Source: Chloroflexota bacterium (GTDB lineage: Bacteria; Chloroflexota; Anaerolineae; B4-G1; SLSP01). Taken from it: a stretch of DNA of 64,000 bases. The notes below the pieces were generated by a model. That model had not been told where the DNA came from. It was given only the letters and a program-made list of their open reading frames with translations, and searched no databases. Of this stretch, positions 26,516-36,895 are shown piece by piece; the first letter of the stretch is position 1; each line of letters opens with the position of its first letter. The stretch lies in contig DAIUDK010000005.1 of the NCBI GenBank assembly GCA_036845725.1, positions 6,719 to 70,718 on the forward strand, read 5' to 3'. A program made the translations under genes and the position numbers.

Positions 26516-29083
26516 TCAGGTCAGAATGTCGCCGAGTTCGACCAGCAGTGCCTCGAATTCGTCTTCCGTCAGATGCACCTCGGGAAAGTCGCCGGGTGCC
26601 AGGATGGGTAAAGGGCTGTCGGCGGAAGGAGGGCAGGCGGCAGCCAACGCGGCGATAGTCTGGTATTCGAAAAGCTGCTGGACGGTGATGAGCAGTCCGG
26701 CAGCGCGCGCCTCGGCAATGATGTTGAGCGCCAGCAGCGAGTCGCCGCCCAGCTCGAAAAAGTTGTCGTGGATGCCGACCTGCGCCGCGAGGAGCACGCG
26801 TTCCCATATCTGCGCCAGGGTCGTTTCGGCCTCCGTGCGCGGCGCGACATAGGCCGTGGCGAGGGTGGGGCGGGCGACTTCAGGTGCGGGGAGGCGCCGG
26901 CGGTCGATTTTACCGTTCGGTGTGAGGGGCAGTGCGTCGAGATGGACGAACGCAGCGGGGATCATCTGGGTTGGGAGACGCTGCTTAAGAAAGTCTTGGA
27001 GTTCGGTGACCGTCGGATGGTCGTTCATCATGGGAGTCCAGTAGGCGATGAGGCGTTCGTCGCGGACGATGGCGACGGCTTCGCGTACGGCGGGATGGTG
27101 GGCGAGCGCGCTTTCGATTTCGCCCAGTTCGACGCGGTAGCCGCGGATTTTCACCTGATGGTCGAGACGCTGTACGAATTCGATAGTGCCGTCTTCCAAA
27201 TAACGGGCCATGTCGCCGGTTTTGTAGAGCCGTGCGCCCGGTTCCGCCGAAAACGGGTCGGCGACGAATTTCTCGGCGGTGAGTTCGGGGCGGTTGAAGT
27301 AGCCGCGTGCCAATCCCACGCCGCCGATGTGGAGTTCGCCGGGAATGCCCACAGGCACGGGCTGCATGGCCGCGTCGAGGATGTACAGGCGGATGTTGCC
27401 GAGCGGTCGCCCGATGGGGACGGTCGGCGTGTCGCCGGGCGCTGTGACGGGATGGCAGGCAGCCCACACGGTCGATTCGGTGGGGCCGTAGAAGTTCCAC
27501 AGGGGGACGTTCCACGCCAGCACCTTCTGCGTCAGCGCGCGCGGCAGGGCTTCGCCGCCGCAGCAGATCAAGCGCAGCGACAGCGGGTTAGTGGTGTTGT
27601 AGAGACCCACCAGTCGCTGCAAAGCCGACGGCGTCTGGTTGACGACGGTGACGCCCTCGCTGCGCAACAGGTCGAGGAACGCCGTGGGCGACTGCACGGC
27701 AGCCTGCGGGACGATGACCAGACGGCTGCCGCAGAGCAGCGGCGTCCACAGTTCCCACACCGAGAAGTCGAAGGCATACGAGTGGAAGACCGTCCACACA
27801 TCGTCGGCGTTGAACCCGAAGACCGGGCGGGTGGTTTCCACGAGGTTGATCACGCTCTGGTGGGCGATTTCGACGCCTTTGGGCTGGCCTGTTGAGCCGG
27901 AGGTGTAAATGATGTAGGCCAGGTTGTGACCCCGTGCGCCGCCGTCGAGGTTGGCGTCTGCGTGGGCGGCGATGGCGGGCCAGTCGGCGTCCAGGCAGAC
28001 GATGCGCGCCTGGGTGGGCGGGAGCGTGTTGACGAGGGCGCGTTCGGTCAGCATGACGGGTGTCTGCGTGTCGGTGAGCATGAACGCCTGGCGATCGGGC
28101 GGATAGGCGGGATCGATGGGGACATAAGCGCCGCCGGCTTTGAGGATGCCGAGCATCCCCACGAGCATCGCCGTTGAGCGTGAGACGCACATCGCCACGG
28201 GGACTTCCGGGCCGACGCCAAGCGCCCGCAGGTGGCGAGCCAGTTGGTTGGCGCGGGCGTTCAGTTCGCGGTAGGTGAGCGTTTGCCGGGGTTTTCCCGG
28301 TTCAGCGTAGACCACGGCGACGGCGTCGGGCCTCTGCGCGGCCTGGCGTTCGAAGCGGCGATGGATGCACTGCCCACTGTAGCCGGTGTCGGTCGTGGTG
28401 TCGTTCCAGGCAACGAGCATTTGTTGGCGCTCGATTTCGGTCAACATGGGCAGGGCTTTGAGGGGCAGTTCCGGCAAGGCGACTAGGCTTTCCAGCAACG
28501 TGAGCAGGTGACCGGCCAATCTTGCTATGGCGGTGGCCTCGAAACGAGAGGTGTCGTAGTCGATGTGCAGGTGCAGTGTGTCGTCGATGGTGATGACAAG
28601 GGGAATACTGGCATACTCGCCGTCGGGGTGTGTGCCCGAGACGAGCAGGTTTTCCAATGCGTGTTGTTCCGGCACAACCTGCTGTTGGGGCGCGGCGGCA
28701 AAGTCGGCGTGGAGAGCCGTAAGCCAGGTGCGCGTCGCTTGTTCTGGCCGGATGGTTGCGCGCACGAGGGCAGGCTCGCGGGTGTGGGCGACCAACATCC
28801 CGAAAACTACGTCCTTCTCCCCGCTGTAACGGCTGAGGAGCAGCGCCCACGCGCCCCGGATGAGTGTTGGGATGTCGAGGTCGTTCTGGCGCGCAAAGTG
28901 GCGCAACGCAGGGGCGAGTTTCGGTGTGGGCGCGGTTTCGTAGCAGGCGCGCGGCATCGCCCCACTGGAGTGCGGCAAGGCTTTGGTAATCCCCAGCGGC
29001 GTCGGCGCCGGGAATTCACCTGATTGTTGTCGCCAGAGTGATTCGTCTGTCATCGCATTCAACAATAAACCACTAATCTGCAC
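26516..29083 (-). CDS. NRPS module 1 (starter): N-terminally truncated C-domain remnant (about 270 aa, no HHxxxDG) - A - T - docking helix
   Basis: YTSGSTGQPKG, GELHIGG, YKTGD, NGKIDR, LGGDSL. C-terminus TEDEFEALLVELGDILT. Start is GTG at 29083 or ATG at 29053. Only 60 nt to the upstream gene. Confidence 0.85.
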   Translation of the reverse strand: MQISGLLLNAMTDESLWRQQSGEFPAPTPLGITKALPHSSGAMPRACYETAPTPKLAPALRHFARQNDLDIPTLIRGAWALLLSRYSGEKDVVFGMLVAHTREPALVRATIRPEQATRTWLTALHADFAAAPQQQVVPEQHALENLLVSGTHPDGEYASIPLVITIDDTLHLHIDYDTSRFEATAIARLAGHLLTLLESLVALPELPLKALPMLTEIERQQMLVAWNDTTTDTGYSGQCIHRRFERQAAQRPDAVAVVYAEPGKPRQTLTYRELNARANQLARHLRALGVGPEVPVAMCVSRSTAMLVGMLGILKAGGAYVPIDPAYPPDRQAFMLTDTQTPVMLTERALVNTLPPTQARIVCLDADWPAIAAHADANLDGGARGHNLAYIIYTSGSTGQPKGVEIAHQSVINLVETTRPVFGFNADDVWTVFHSYAFDFSVWELWTPLLCGSRLVIVPQAAVQSPTAFLDLLRSEGVTVVNQTPSALQRLVGLYNTTNPLSLRLICCGGEALPRALTQKVLAWNVPLWNFYGPTESTVWAACHPVTAPGDTPTVPIGRPLGNIRLYILDAAMQPVPVGIPGELHIGGVGLARGYFNRPELTAEKFVADPFSAEPGARLYKTGDMARYLEDGTIEFVQRLDHQVKIRGYRVELGEIESALAHHPAVREAVAIVRDERLIAYWTPMMNDHPTVTELQDFLKQRLPTQMIPAAFVHLDALPLTPNGKIDRRRLPAPEVARPTLATAYVAPRTEAETTLAQIWERVLLAAQVGIHDNFFELGGDSLLALNIIAEARAAGLLITVQQLFEYQTIAALAAACPPSADSPLPILAPGDFPEVHLTEDEFEALLVELGDILT

Positions 29084-29137
29084 GAATCTTCACGAATAGA
29101 AGTCAGAATTAGTGAGAATTTATGGAGATTCGTGGTA
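29069..29137. repeat. REP-like palindromic element, copy 1 (arms CCACTAATCTGCACGAAT ... ATTCGTGG)
   Basis: Shares arms with the copies at 56132-56191 and 57199-57268. Fills the gap between the transporter and NRPS genes. Confidence 0.5.
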
Positions 29138-29142
29138 AAGTC

Positions 29143-32100
29143 CTAATCGTATTGGTCGAACAGTTTGTTAAGCTGGCGTGGGCGGGCGCGGGTGAGGTCG
29201 GCGATGCGGTCGTTGGACTCGCGGAGCCGCTCGCTGAGGACGTTGATGAGCGCCAGTGACATCTCCGGGTTTTGGCGCGCCAGGGCGATGAGCGGTTCGC
29301 GGCGCAGACGCAGCGTGAGCGTGTCCTGGATGGCGACGGCGGAGGTGGTGTGCGGGCTGCTGTCGAAGAAGTTGGCCTCGCCGAAGTACGAGTGTGCCTC
29401 GACGGTCGCCAGCCGCGCGAAGGAGCCAGCACGCTTCTCCTGCTCGATGCCGACGCGCCCGTTGACCACGACGTACAGCGCGCCGCCAGGGTCGTCGTTG
29501 TTGTAGATGTGCGTGTCTTCCTCGTACGTTTCTTCCTCGCAGACGTTCGCCAGGATTTTGAGCTGGTCGATGGTCATGCCCTGGAAGAAGGGGACTTCTT
29601 TGAGGAAAATGATCTTTTCAATGGCAGAAAGCATAAGGTCCTCCTTCATAAAGTCGGTTTGCACGCCGGCGATTAGCCGTTTGGCGGTCTGGGCCGCGAG
29701 ACGGACTTCTTCGACCGGGTCTTTGAGCGCCGTTTCCAGGAGCGCCTCGACCTGCGCGAGAGTGAGAGGGAGAGTGCAGGTGGGTACAGCGGACGCGGCG
29801 GGTTGGGTAGCCTCTGGTTTGGCTTTGATGGCTGTGATGTTGGCTGCCGGTGTCTCGGTTCTGGGGCCGTCGAGTGCGCCGAACAGGTCGGCGGGCGGGC
29901 GGCGGCGCGCGCGGGGCGCGGGTGTGCCATCTGCAGGCGCGCCGTCTGCCGGCGCAGCGTCTGCGGGCGGCGGGGTGGGTTGGGGCGCTTCCGCCTTCGG
30001 CGCGTCGAGGGCGGCGAAGAGGTCTTTGGGCATCGCGCGGCGTGGTTCGGCTTCCGGTGCGGCGGATGGTGATTCAGGGGTGGGGGGTGTCATCGTCACG
30101 GGCGGAGCGAGCGCCGCGCCGAGCTGTCCCAACGCGAAGGCCGTCATCGTGCGCACCCAGGGGTCCTCCGGAAGCGCGGCGAGTTTGTGGATGGTTTCGA
30201 CGGTGTCCGGCGGTTCCATATCCCAGGTTTCTTTGCTCAGCTCCAGGAGTTTGCTCGTGGGGGTCTCCGGCTCGAACAGTGGCGCGATCAACTCGGCGGT
30301 TTTGGGCGAGGTGAGCGATTCTAGGGCTTCGACGGCGTTGGCGCGCGTCCGGGGATTGTCGCTGCGCAGGGAGTCGCTGATGATGTCCACGCTGTTGGGG
30401 TCCTGGATGGCGGAGAGCAGGTAGAAGATTTCCGCGGTGAGGCGCTGTCCCTGTTCGCGCAGGGCGCTTTGCAGCACGCCGAAAGCTGGATAGGTGGCGC
30501 ATGCTTCGAGCGCTTCGACCAGGCCGAAGTTTCCGTAGATGGCAAGCAGGTTGCCGGTGATGTTCGCGCCGACGATCAGCGGGCCGAACTCCTTGGGATT
30601 GATACGGCTGAGGACGACGGCAGCCATTTTGCGCAATTGCGCATCCGGCGCGTCGAGCTTGGGATGGACCACCGGGATGATAGCCTTGCCGAGCGCCACG
30701 AGCGTCGCGGCGGCGGTTTCGCGGACCTGCGGGCTGGCATCGGTAAGCGCGTTGACGATCGACGGGTAGGTTTTTCGGCTGCCTGTGTGCCCCAACACCA
30801 CGAGCGCGGCCCGGCGCGTACGTTCGACGGGGTCGTTGAGCCGGCGGCTGATTTTAGCTTCGATCTCGGCTTTCTGCGCGTCGTTGAGCATTGCCTTTTG
30901 CACAGCGGCTTCGACGGCCAGCGCCGCTTCGAGCCGGACTTCGTCGGCGGGATCGTCGAGATAGGTCATCAACCGGTTGAGCGTGTGTTCGCTCTTGATC
31001 TGCCCCAGGATGCGCACACCGTAGGCGCGGTGCTGCGAATTGTCGCCGGTCAGGATGGCTTCGAGCGCATCTACGGCGGGTTTCAGGGTGTATAACTTGT
31101 CCACCTGTACCAGGACGATGAGTGCCTGCCCGCGCACCTTGATGTCGGGATCGTAGACCATGTTCGCCATATAGGTGAGAAATTCGGGATCATTGGGCGC
31201 GACAAGTTGCTGCAATCCCACGATGGCGGACTGGCGCACCTGCCCGGCGGGGTCGGCCATTAAATCGAGATACAGTTGGCGTACCGCATCGCCGCGCAGG
31301 TCGGCGGCAGCGATGACGTCGAGGATGGCGGCACGCGTGTGGCTTTCGGGCGCGGTGTGGGCGGTGTGACTGAGGATGGGGATGGCGTCGCGCCCGCCGA
31401 TGCGGCTGATGAGCTGCGCCATGAAGACGGTGAGTTCGTGACTGGAACTGCTCTCCAGCTTCTCGCGCAGTTTATTCAATGTCGCGGGATCGGCAACGGT
31501 CAGCTCGGAGACGTTTTGGGTCAGCAGGAAGGAGTAGTCTTCCTGTTCGAGCATTTTGACGAGTGCCTGCCCGTACTGGCGGCGCACGATCAATGTGTTG
31601 GTGATATAGGAGAAGGCAAGAGCAAGAATGAACGCCGGCAGGAACCACCCCACTGCGACGAATGGCGGTAACAGTAGAATACTGCCGAGAAACGCGCCAA
31701 CCGGCGCGACCAGGCCGTCGATGAAGGCGCGCGCGCGTCCCTTGATGCGCAGCGGCACGGCATTGTAAAGCAGGCTGTTGATCTGATAGCCGACGTTGCC
31801 ATAGAGGGCGGTACTGCCGAAATAGCCCAAGGCCGCCGTCGGCAGGCCGGGCAAAAACACCAGGCCCGCGCAGATCGCCAGGTTACCAATGGGAAACAGC
31901 ATGAAGGCGTTGCCAATCCCGATCCAGCCGATGATACGGCTGAGGAGGAACAGTTGGAAGGGCAGCATGATCAGGTTGGCGATCCCGGTCACCAAACCGT
32001 AGAAGTTCGCCATGGCCTCGGTGGTCTGGAGTTTGTCGACGATGATCTCGCTGGTGCGGTAGCCGACGAAGTTGAGCAGGATGACGACAACGAGCGTCGC

Positions 32101-32892
32101 GATGGCGATCCCCCGTAGAAAGCGCGACTGGGTGACGTAGTGATAGCCTTCGCGCAGTTCACTGACATAGGAAACGTGCGCTTTTTCTGTCCCCTTGGCT
32201 TTGACGATGGGCGCGCTGCTTTGGGCTGCGCCGTTGCGCGATTTAATCAGATGCGGCATCAGCCAGGCTCCCAGCGCCATGATTCCCAACATGCTGAGCC
32301 ACACGAGGATGATGCCGTTGGGCGAGAAGACTTTGTTGAGCGATTCCATGCTCAAGCCGGCGATGATCCCGCCGATGCTGCCCGCCGTGCCCAAGACCGG
32401 CACGACGCGTTTGGCCGCCCGCGTGTCGTAGAAGCTGTCGATGTAGGTGTACCAGTGTGCGGAGAGGATGTCGGTGAGGGGAACGTAGATTAGCAGGTAA
32501 AGAAGCGGGTAAGCGATGGTGGCGATGCCGAGGTTCAGCAGTCCCAGCCCGACGAGGATGCCTGCACCGCCGATGAGCAAGATGGCAATCAACAGTTTGC
32601 GACTGGCCATGCGGTCGGCGAAGGCAGTGTAGATGGCGACCGCCGGTATGGAGAGAAGCGCCCTGACCATGAAAAACCAGGGCAGGCCCCTCACTCCCAC
32701 CTGTTCCAGGAAGGCCGCTGCAACGATCGTCTCGCCCCAGACCGCGCCCAGTGTGACCGCCAGGAGCATCGCGTAGAGCAATAGCAATCGTGGCCATTCT
32801 TCTGAGCGAATGTTGAACAGCTTGTTGAGGAATTGTGTCATAGTTTGTACCGTCCTTAAGGACTCATCCATAACATAGATACTGTCGCCCAA
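29143..32892 (-). CDS. Fusion protein: N-terminal polytopic transporter domain (ATP/ADP-translocase/MFS-like, about 430 aa) - HEAT/PBS-lyase-type repeats - Pro/Ala-rich linker - C-terminal cyclic-nucleotide-binding domain
   Basis: About 12 TM helices at the N-terminus. At least nine HEAT-like repeats (VRGQALIVLVQV, VRLEAALAVEAA, RRAALVVLGHTG, VRETAAATLVALG ...). Linker carries duplicated DLF(A/G)ALD(A/G)P motifs. cNMP domain (GGALYVVVNGRVGI..FGEANFFDSSPHTTSAVA). ORF-track start is TTG; ATG at 32841 has SD AAGGA. Confidence 0.7.
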   Translation of the reverse strand: MGDSIYVMDESLRTVQTMTQFLNKLFNIRSEEWPRLLLLYAMLLAVTLGAVWGETIVAAAFLEQVGVRGLPWFFMVRALLSIPAVAIYTAFADRMASRKLLIAILLIGGAGILVGLGLLNLGIATIAYPLLYLLIYVPLTDILSAHWYTYIDSFYDTRAAKRVVPVLGTAGSIGGIIAGLSMESLNKVFSPNGIILVWLSMLGIMALGAWLMPHLIKSRNGAAQSSAPIVKAKGTEKAHVSYVSELREGYHYVTQSRFLRGIAIATLVVVILLNFVGYRTSEIIVDKLQTTEAMANFYGLVTGIANLIMLPFQLFLLSRIIGWIGIGNAFMLFPIGNLAICAGLVFLPGLPTAALGYFGSTALYGNVGYQINSLLYNAVPLRIKGRARAFIDGLVAPVGAFLGSILLLPPFVAVGWFLPAFILALAFSYITNTLIVRRQYGQALVKMLEQEDYSFLLTQNVSELTVADPATLNKLREKLESSSSHELTVFMAQLISRIGGRDAIPILSHTAHTAPESHTRAAILDVIAAADLRGDAVRQLYLDLMADPAGQVRQSAIVGLQQLVAPNDPEFLTYMANMVYDPDIKVRGQALIVLVQVDKLYTLKPAVDALEAILTGDNSQHRAYGVRILGQIKSEHTLNRLMTYLDDPADEVRLEAALAVEAAVQKAMLNDAQKAEIEAKISRRLNDPVERTRRAALVVLGHTGSRKTYPSIVNALTDASPQVRETAAATLVALGKAIIPVVHPKLDAPDAQLRKMAAVVLSRINPKEFGPLIVGANITGNLLAIYGNFGLVEALEACATYPAFGVLQSALREQGQRLTAEIFYLLSAIQDPNSVDIISDSLRSDNPRTRANAVEALESLTSPKTAELIAPLFEPETPTSKLLELSKETWDMEPPDTVETIHKLAALPEDPWVRTMTAFALGQLGAALAPPVTMTPPTPESPSAAPEAEPRRAMPKDLFAALDAPKAEAPQPTPPPADAAPADGAPADGTPAPRARRRPPADLFGALDGPRTETPAANITAIKAKPEATQPAASAVPTCTLPLTLAQVEALLETALKDPVEEVRLAAQTAKRLIAGVQTDFMKEDLMLSAIEKIIFLKEVPFFQGMTIDQLKILANVCEEETYEEDTHIYNNDDPGGALYVVVNGRVGIEQEKRAGSFARLATVEAHSYFGEANFFDSSPHTTSAVAIQDTLTLRLRREPLIALARQNPEMSLALINVLSERLRESNDRIADLTRARPRQLNKLFDQYD

Positions 32893-33035
32893 CGCCAGCA
32901 GAATCGGCTGACGCCATCAGTGTAATCATAGCATAAATCTGTTATGTTAGGATAAAGTTTGTGTGGCGATTCTGTAGCAGTTGTGTTAGTGTTTCATTTC
33001 ACCACGGAGACACGAGGAACACAGGAGGGCAACGG

Positions 33036-36000
33036 CTAAAACGCTTCTGGGACGTGGCTTAGGTGGGGAACCTGCCCGGACTCTGTCAGGATCAACCCGA
33101 CCCGTGCTGCATACGCGGCGCGAATCTCCTGGTGCAGGAGGATGTTTTCGAGATAGGTCCGGCGGAAGTAACTGTCCGTGGGGATGAGTGCGTGTTTGCG
33201 CGCCATTTCGTCGTATGCCCGGCGGAGGTATTTATTGGCCTCCTCTTGCTGTTCGTTGGCGACAAGTGCCTGGCTGTAGCGGAAAAGGATTTCCTCGCTC
33301 ACGCACTCGGTAATTTGGACGAAACCGAACGTCTGGTAAATATCCAACGCCCTCTGAGCGGCGTTTAGCGCGCTGTCTAGGTGACCGTAGACTGTGCCGG
33401 GTTTGGTCGCGGCGGCGTCCTTGGCGAGCATCGCTAATTTAAGGTGTGCGGCAGTGGCCTTGCAAAGCGCCGCCATCTCGTATTGTCGAGAGACCAGGGG
33501 GCTTTGCAGCGCGAGCTGCTGGACTTCTTCGGCCAGTTCCAGCGCCATGTGCAAGTGAGCCTCGTCGCCGAGGGCGTTGTAGAGGATGGCCCAGACCAGT
33601 TTTAGACTGGCGAGTCCGCGATCCTGAACCGGTTCGCCGATGGTGCGGATGCGTTCGAGGCTGGCCAGTGCCTCGGTGTATTGGTATTGCTCGCTCTGGA
33701 TTTGGGCGATGTGGAACAGCGGGTAAACCTCGTCGCGGGAGCCAACCAGGATGCGCCGGCACTCTTCCAGCAGCCCCAGACCGCCCTGGTAATCGCCCAG
33801 GTAGATACCTTGAATCCGCCCACAGGCCTGCAGCGCTTTGCTCTCGTTGGGGCGATGGCCGATCTCGCGGCTGATGTTGAGCCGTTCCTGTTGGTATTCG
33901 ATCAGCAGGCGGTAATAGTCGCCGCTGCGCTCGAATTCCAAGCCCAGTAGATTGAGTAGTGACATTTGTGTTATTTTGTCGTCGAGACCCTGGCACATGG
34001 CGAGCGCGGCAGCGGCTTCCAGGTATTCCATGCTGAGTGCGGGTTCGTCACTGAAGGCAAATATGCCCCCCATGCCGATGAGCAGCCGCGCCTCGTAATG
34101 TTCGTCCTGCAACTGGCGGGCAAGTTCGAGAGCACGCTCGGCCAGCGGCTGCCACTCCGGATCGCTCAGGGCCAGGCGATGATTGACAATGGCGATAAGG
34201 CTTTCCATTTCACGGCGTGAATCGCCCAGCTGCTGCGCCAACTCGAGGGCTTTCTGCGCCATTGGGATGCCGGCTTCAATCTCTTCCTTGCTCTGATAGT
34301 CGGCCACTCCCGGCTGTTGGAGCATTGCGTCGATGGTAAAGGCGGGATTGTCTGCCAACTGTTCTGCCAGTGGCAGCAGCGCCTTGGCGTCGGTCCACAT
34401 GGCCTCGAATTTCCCCATGAGGTAGAAGACGGCGCGCCGCTCGTTGAGCACTCGGAAGCGTTGCGCGTGTATGGCGCGGCGTTGATCTTCGTCGTCTGCC
34501 TCGCTCTCCAGGACATCGAGGATTTCAAGCGCGCGGGTGTATTGTTTGCCCGCCTCGGCGTTGGCGTAGATATGCGTGGCGTGCTCGGCGCCCTTGAGGA
34601 CGTAATTCAGCTCTTTCTCTTGCATCCCAGCGCGTTGGTAATGGAAGGCCAACGCGCCGTAGAACTGGGAAGAGGGTTGGGGCATGTCTGCCCTACAGCA
34701 GTGGTTTTCGATGTAATCGGCAATGCGCAGGTGGTAGTTGATACGTTGCGTGCTGAGGAGACGCTCATAGGCGGCGTCGCGAATCAGCGATGAACGGAAG
34801 ACGTACTCGATGCCTAACTCTGTCGTGCGGCCACGCTCGCGGATCAATTGTGCGCGTTGCAGCGCCGTGAGCTGCGCTTTTACGCGCACGGGATGGGCTG
34901 CCAGTACTTCAACGATTTTCGACCAGAACACAGTGCCGACCACGGAGGCGATTTGCAGAACGTGCTGTTCCTCCGGTGTGAGCCGGTCGATGCTGGCCAG
35001 CAGCAGGCTTTGCAGGCTGTCAGGCAGGATGATGGAGGTGATAGCCTGGGTAGTATGCCAGCGCCCGTCCTCCGAACTGCGCGTCAAAATCCCCTCGAAG
35101 ATCAGCGCGCGCACCAATTCCTGAATGTAATACGGGTTGCCTTCGGCCTTGTTGATGATGAGGTCCTGCGTGGTCTCTGGGAGTACGTCCGGGCCGATCA
35201 ACTCGGTAATCATTTCCCGGCTTTGCTCGGCGGTGAGGGGCGCGAGGTTGAGCGTGGTCAGGCGGTGCGGGTATTCGGTCTCGATGTAATGGCGGAATTC
35301 CCAAATTGGTGAGGCTCGGTCTGGCCGGAAGACGAGCAGCCACAGCAGGTCGGTGTAATCGCACAGCGGCAGGCAGTATTTGAGCAGGTCCAGCGAAGTA
35401 GCGTCCACCCAGTGCATATCGCTAAAGGTGAGCACGACCGGGCCTTGATGGGTGAGCGCCTCGACCCAACTCCGCAGTGTGAGGAAGAATTGCTGGCGCA
35501 GGCTGTCGGCGTCGAGGCGTTTAATGTGTTCGGCATGATTGACTTCCAGCGGCAGAGACAGCAACATTGCCAGGTCGGGAAAATACTCGTCAGCCTGGTC
35601 GCTCCACAGCACTTCCGCTTGTTGGTGGAGACGGTCGCGCGTCTGCTCGTGCGGTTCGTCCGGGCAGATGCCGAGCCAACTGCGTAGCATATCCTGCCAC
35701 ATCGCATAAGGTTGCGATTGGGTGTAGGAACGGCAGCGTCCGCGCAGCCAGATGACGCCAATCTCTGTATCGGCAGGTGTTGTGCTGACGCCTTTATCGC
35801 GTGCTTCGGCCAGGAGCGCATTTTGCCGGGCGAAGTACTGCCGCACCTCGTTGGTGAGCAGCGACTTGCCCATCCCCTGTTCGCCGGTAATGATGACGAT
35901 GCCGCCGAGGCCATCGTTCAGGTCTTCAATGCAGTCTTTCAGGCCTTCCGCTTCTGTATCGCGTCCGATAAGTGGACTGGGCAGCTCGTAGGCTGCGGGC

Positions 36001-36890
36001 CTTTCCAGGCTGACGTAGGGCGCGATGGGACGGTAGACGGCGATGGGCGTACTCACACCCTTGACTTTTATCTCACCGAGGGAGAGCCACTCAAATTGCG
36101 TGCTGGTGAGGCGATAGGTATTCTCGCTCACCAGCACGGTGCCGGGCTCGGCAGCGGTCTCCATGCGCGCGGCCAGCGCGATGGCCTCGCCCATGGCCGT
36201 CTCCTCCCGGTACTGGCGGTCGTTACCCACGCTGGTCACGATGACCTCGCCCGTGTTGACGCCCACACGTAGTGCCAGGCTGATGCCCTCGCGCCTTTCC
36301 AGATCGGCGGCGAACGGTTGCAGCGCGGATTGCATCGCCATGGCGGCCAATACCGCGCGCTCCGGGTCATCCTCATGGGCCATGGTCGTGCCGAAGAAGG
36401 CGACCAGGCCATCGCCGCGGAATTGGTCGACTTTGCCACCGAAACGGTAGACCTCTGTCTCCAGGATTTGGAGAACGCGGTTCATCATCTTGACCCAGGC
36501 CTCAGTGCCCACCTGTTCCATCAGATCGGTGGAGCCTTTGACGTCCGCGAGGATGATCGTTGCCAGACGCCGTTCCCCTTCGAGTGGGGCGAGGTCGCCG
36601 GGTTCTGACCCGCCGGATGCTGCGTTTTCTAGGGCGCCTTCCAGAACGTTTTCCGCCGAACTGACCAATGCGCTCTCCGGCGTATGCTCCGCGACGACCT
36701 CTTGGGTGCGCACCGGAATACCGTCGAACGGGCCATCAACGCTGAGGGGGCTGCCGCACTCGCTGCAAAAGCGATAGACGTGCGGATTTGCCGTCCCGCA
36801 GGCTGGACAGAGCAACTGGAGACGCGCACCGCACATACCGCAGAATTTGGCTCGCGGGCGGGCTTTGAAGCCGCATTCAGGACATTTCAT
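33036..36890 (-). CDS. Multidomain signalling protein: double zinc ribbon, one class III nucleotidyl cyclase domain, STAND/AAA NTPase, TPR repeats
   Basis: CPECG..CGMCG..CPACG..CSECG. CYC motifs (ATIILADVKGSTDL..FRGDGLVAFFG..AHEDD..MGEAIALAARM). Walker A GEQGMGKS. Walker B VVLTFSDMHW. TPR tail. Confidence 0.85.
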   Translation of the reverse strand: MKCPECGFKARPRAKFCGMCGARLQLLCPACGTANPHVYRFCSECGSPLSVDGPFDGIPVRTQEVVAEHTPESALVSSAENVLEGALENAASGGSEPGDLAPLEGERRLATIILADVKGSTDLMEQVGTEAWVKMMNRVLQILETEVYRFGGKVDQFRGDGLVAFFGTTMAHEDDPERAVLAAMAMQSALQPFAADLERREGISLALRVGVNTGEVIVTSVGNDRQYREETAMGEAIALAARMETAAEPGTVLVSENTYRLTSTQFEWLSLGEIKVKGVSTPIAVYRPIAPYVSLERPAAYELPSPLIGRDTEAEGLKDCIEDLNDGLGGIVIITGEQGMGKSLLTNEVRQYFARQNALLAEARDKGVSTTPADTEIGVIWLRGRCRSYTQSQPYAMWQDMLRSWLGICPDEPHEQTRDRLHQQAEVLWSDQADEYFPDLAMLLSLPLEVNHAEHIKRLDADSLRQQFFLTLRSWVEALTHQGPVVLTFSDMHWVDATSLDLLKYCLPLCDYTDLLWLLVFRPDRASPIWEFRHYIETEYPHRLTTLNLAPLTAEQSREMITELIGPDVLPETTQDLIINKAEGNPYYIQELVRALIFEGILTRSSEDGRWHTTQAITSIILPDSLQSLLLASIDRLTPEEQHVLQIASVVGTVFWSKIVEVLAAHPVRVKAQLTALQRAQLIRERGRTTELGIEYVFRSSLIRDAAYERLLSTQRINYHLRIADYIENHCCRADMPQPSSQFYGALAFHYQRAGMQEKELNYVLKGAEHATHIYANAEAGKQYTRALEILDVLESEADDEDQRRAIHAQRFRVLNERRAVFYLMGKFEAMWTDAKALLPLAEQLADNPAFTIDAMLQQPGVADYQSKEEIEAGIPMAQKALELAQQLGDSRREMESLIAIVNHRLALSDPEWQPLAERALELARQLQDEHYEARLLIGMGGIFAFSDEPALSMEYLEAAAALAMCQGLDDKITQMSLLNLLGLEFERSGDYYRLLIEYQQERLNISREIGHRPNESKALQACGRIQGIYLGDYQGGLGLLEECRRILVGSRDEVYPLFHIAQIQSEQYQYTEALASLERIRTIGEPVQDRGLASLKLVWAILYNALGDEAHLHMALELAEEVQQLALQSPLVSRQYEMAALCKATAAHLKLAMLAKDAAATKPGTVYGHLDSALNAAQRALDIYQTFGFVQITECVSEEILFRYSQALVANEQQEEANKYLRRAYDEMARKHALIPTDSYFRRTYLENILLHQEIRAAYAARVGLILTESGQVPHLSHVPEAF

Positions 36891-36895
36891 GATTT

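Noticed and set aside
26516-29083. Starter NRPS module as a pseudogene because of the truncated C domain
   Set aside because: The ORF is intact through complete A and T domains and is tightly linked to the downstream modules. The truncation looks like an evolved starter configuration rather than decay.
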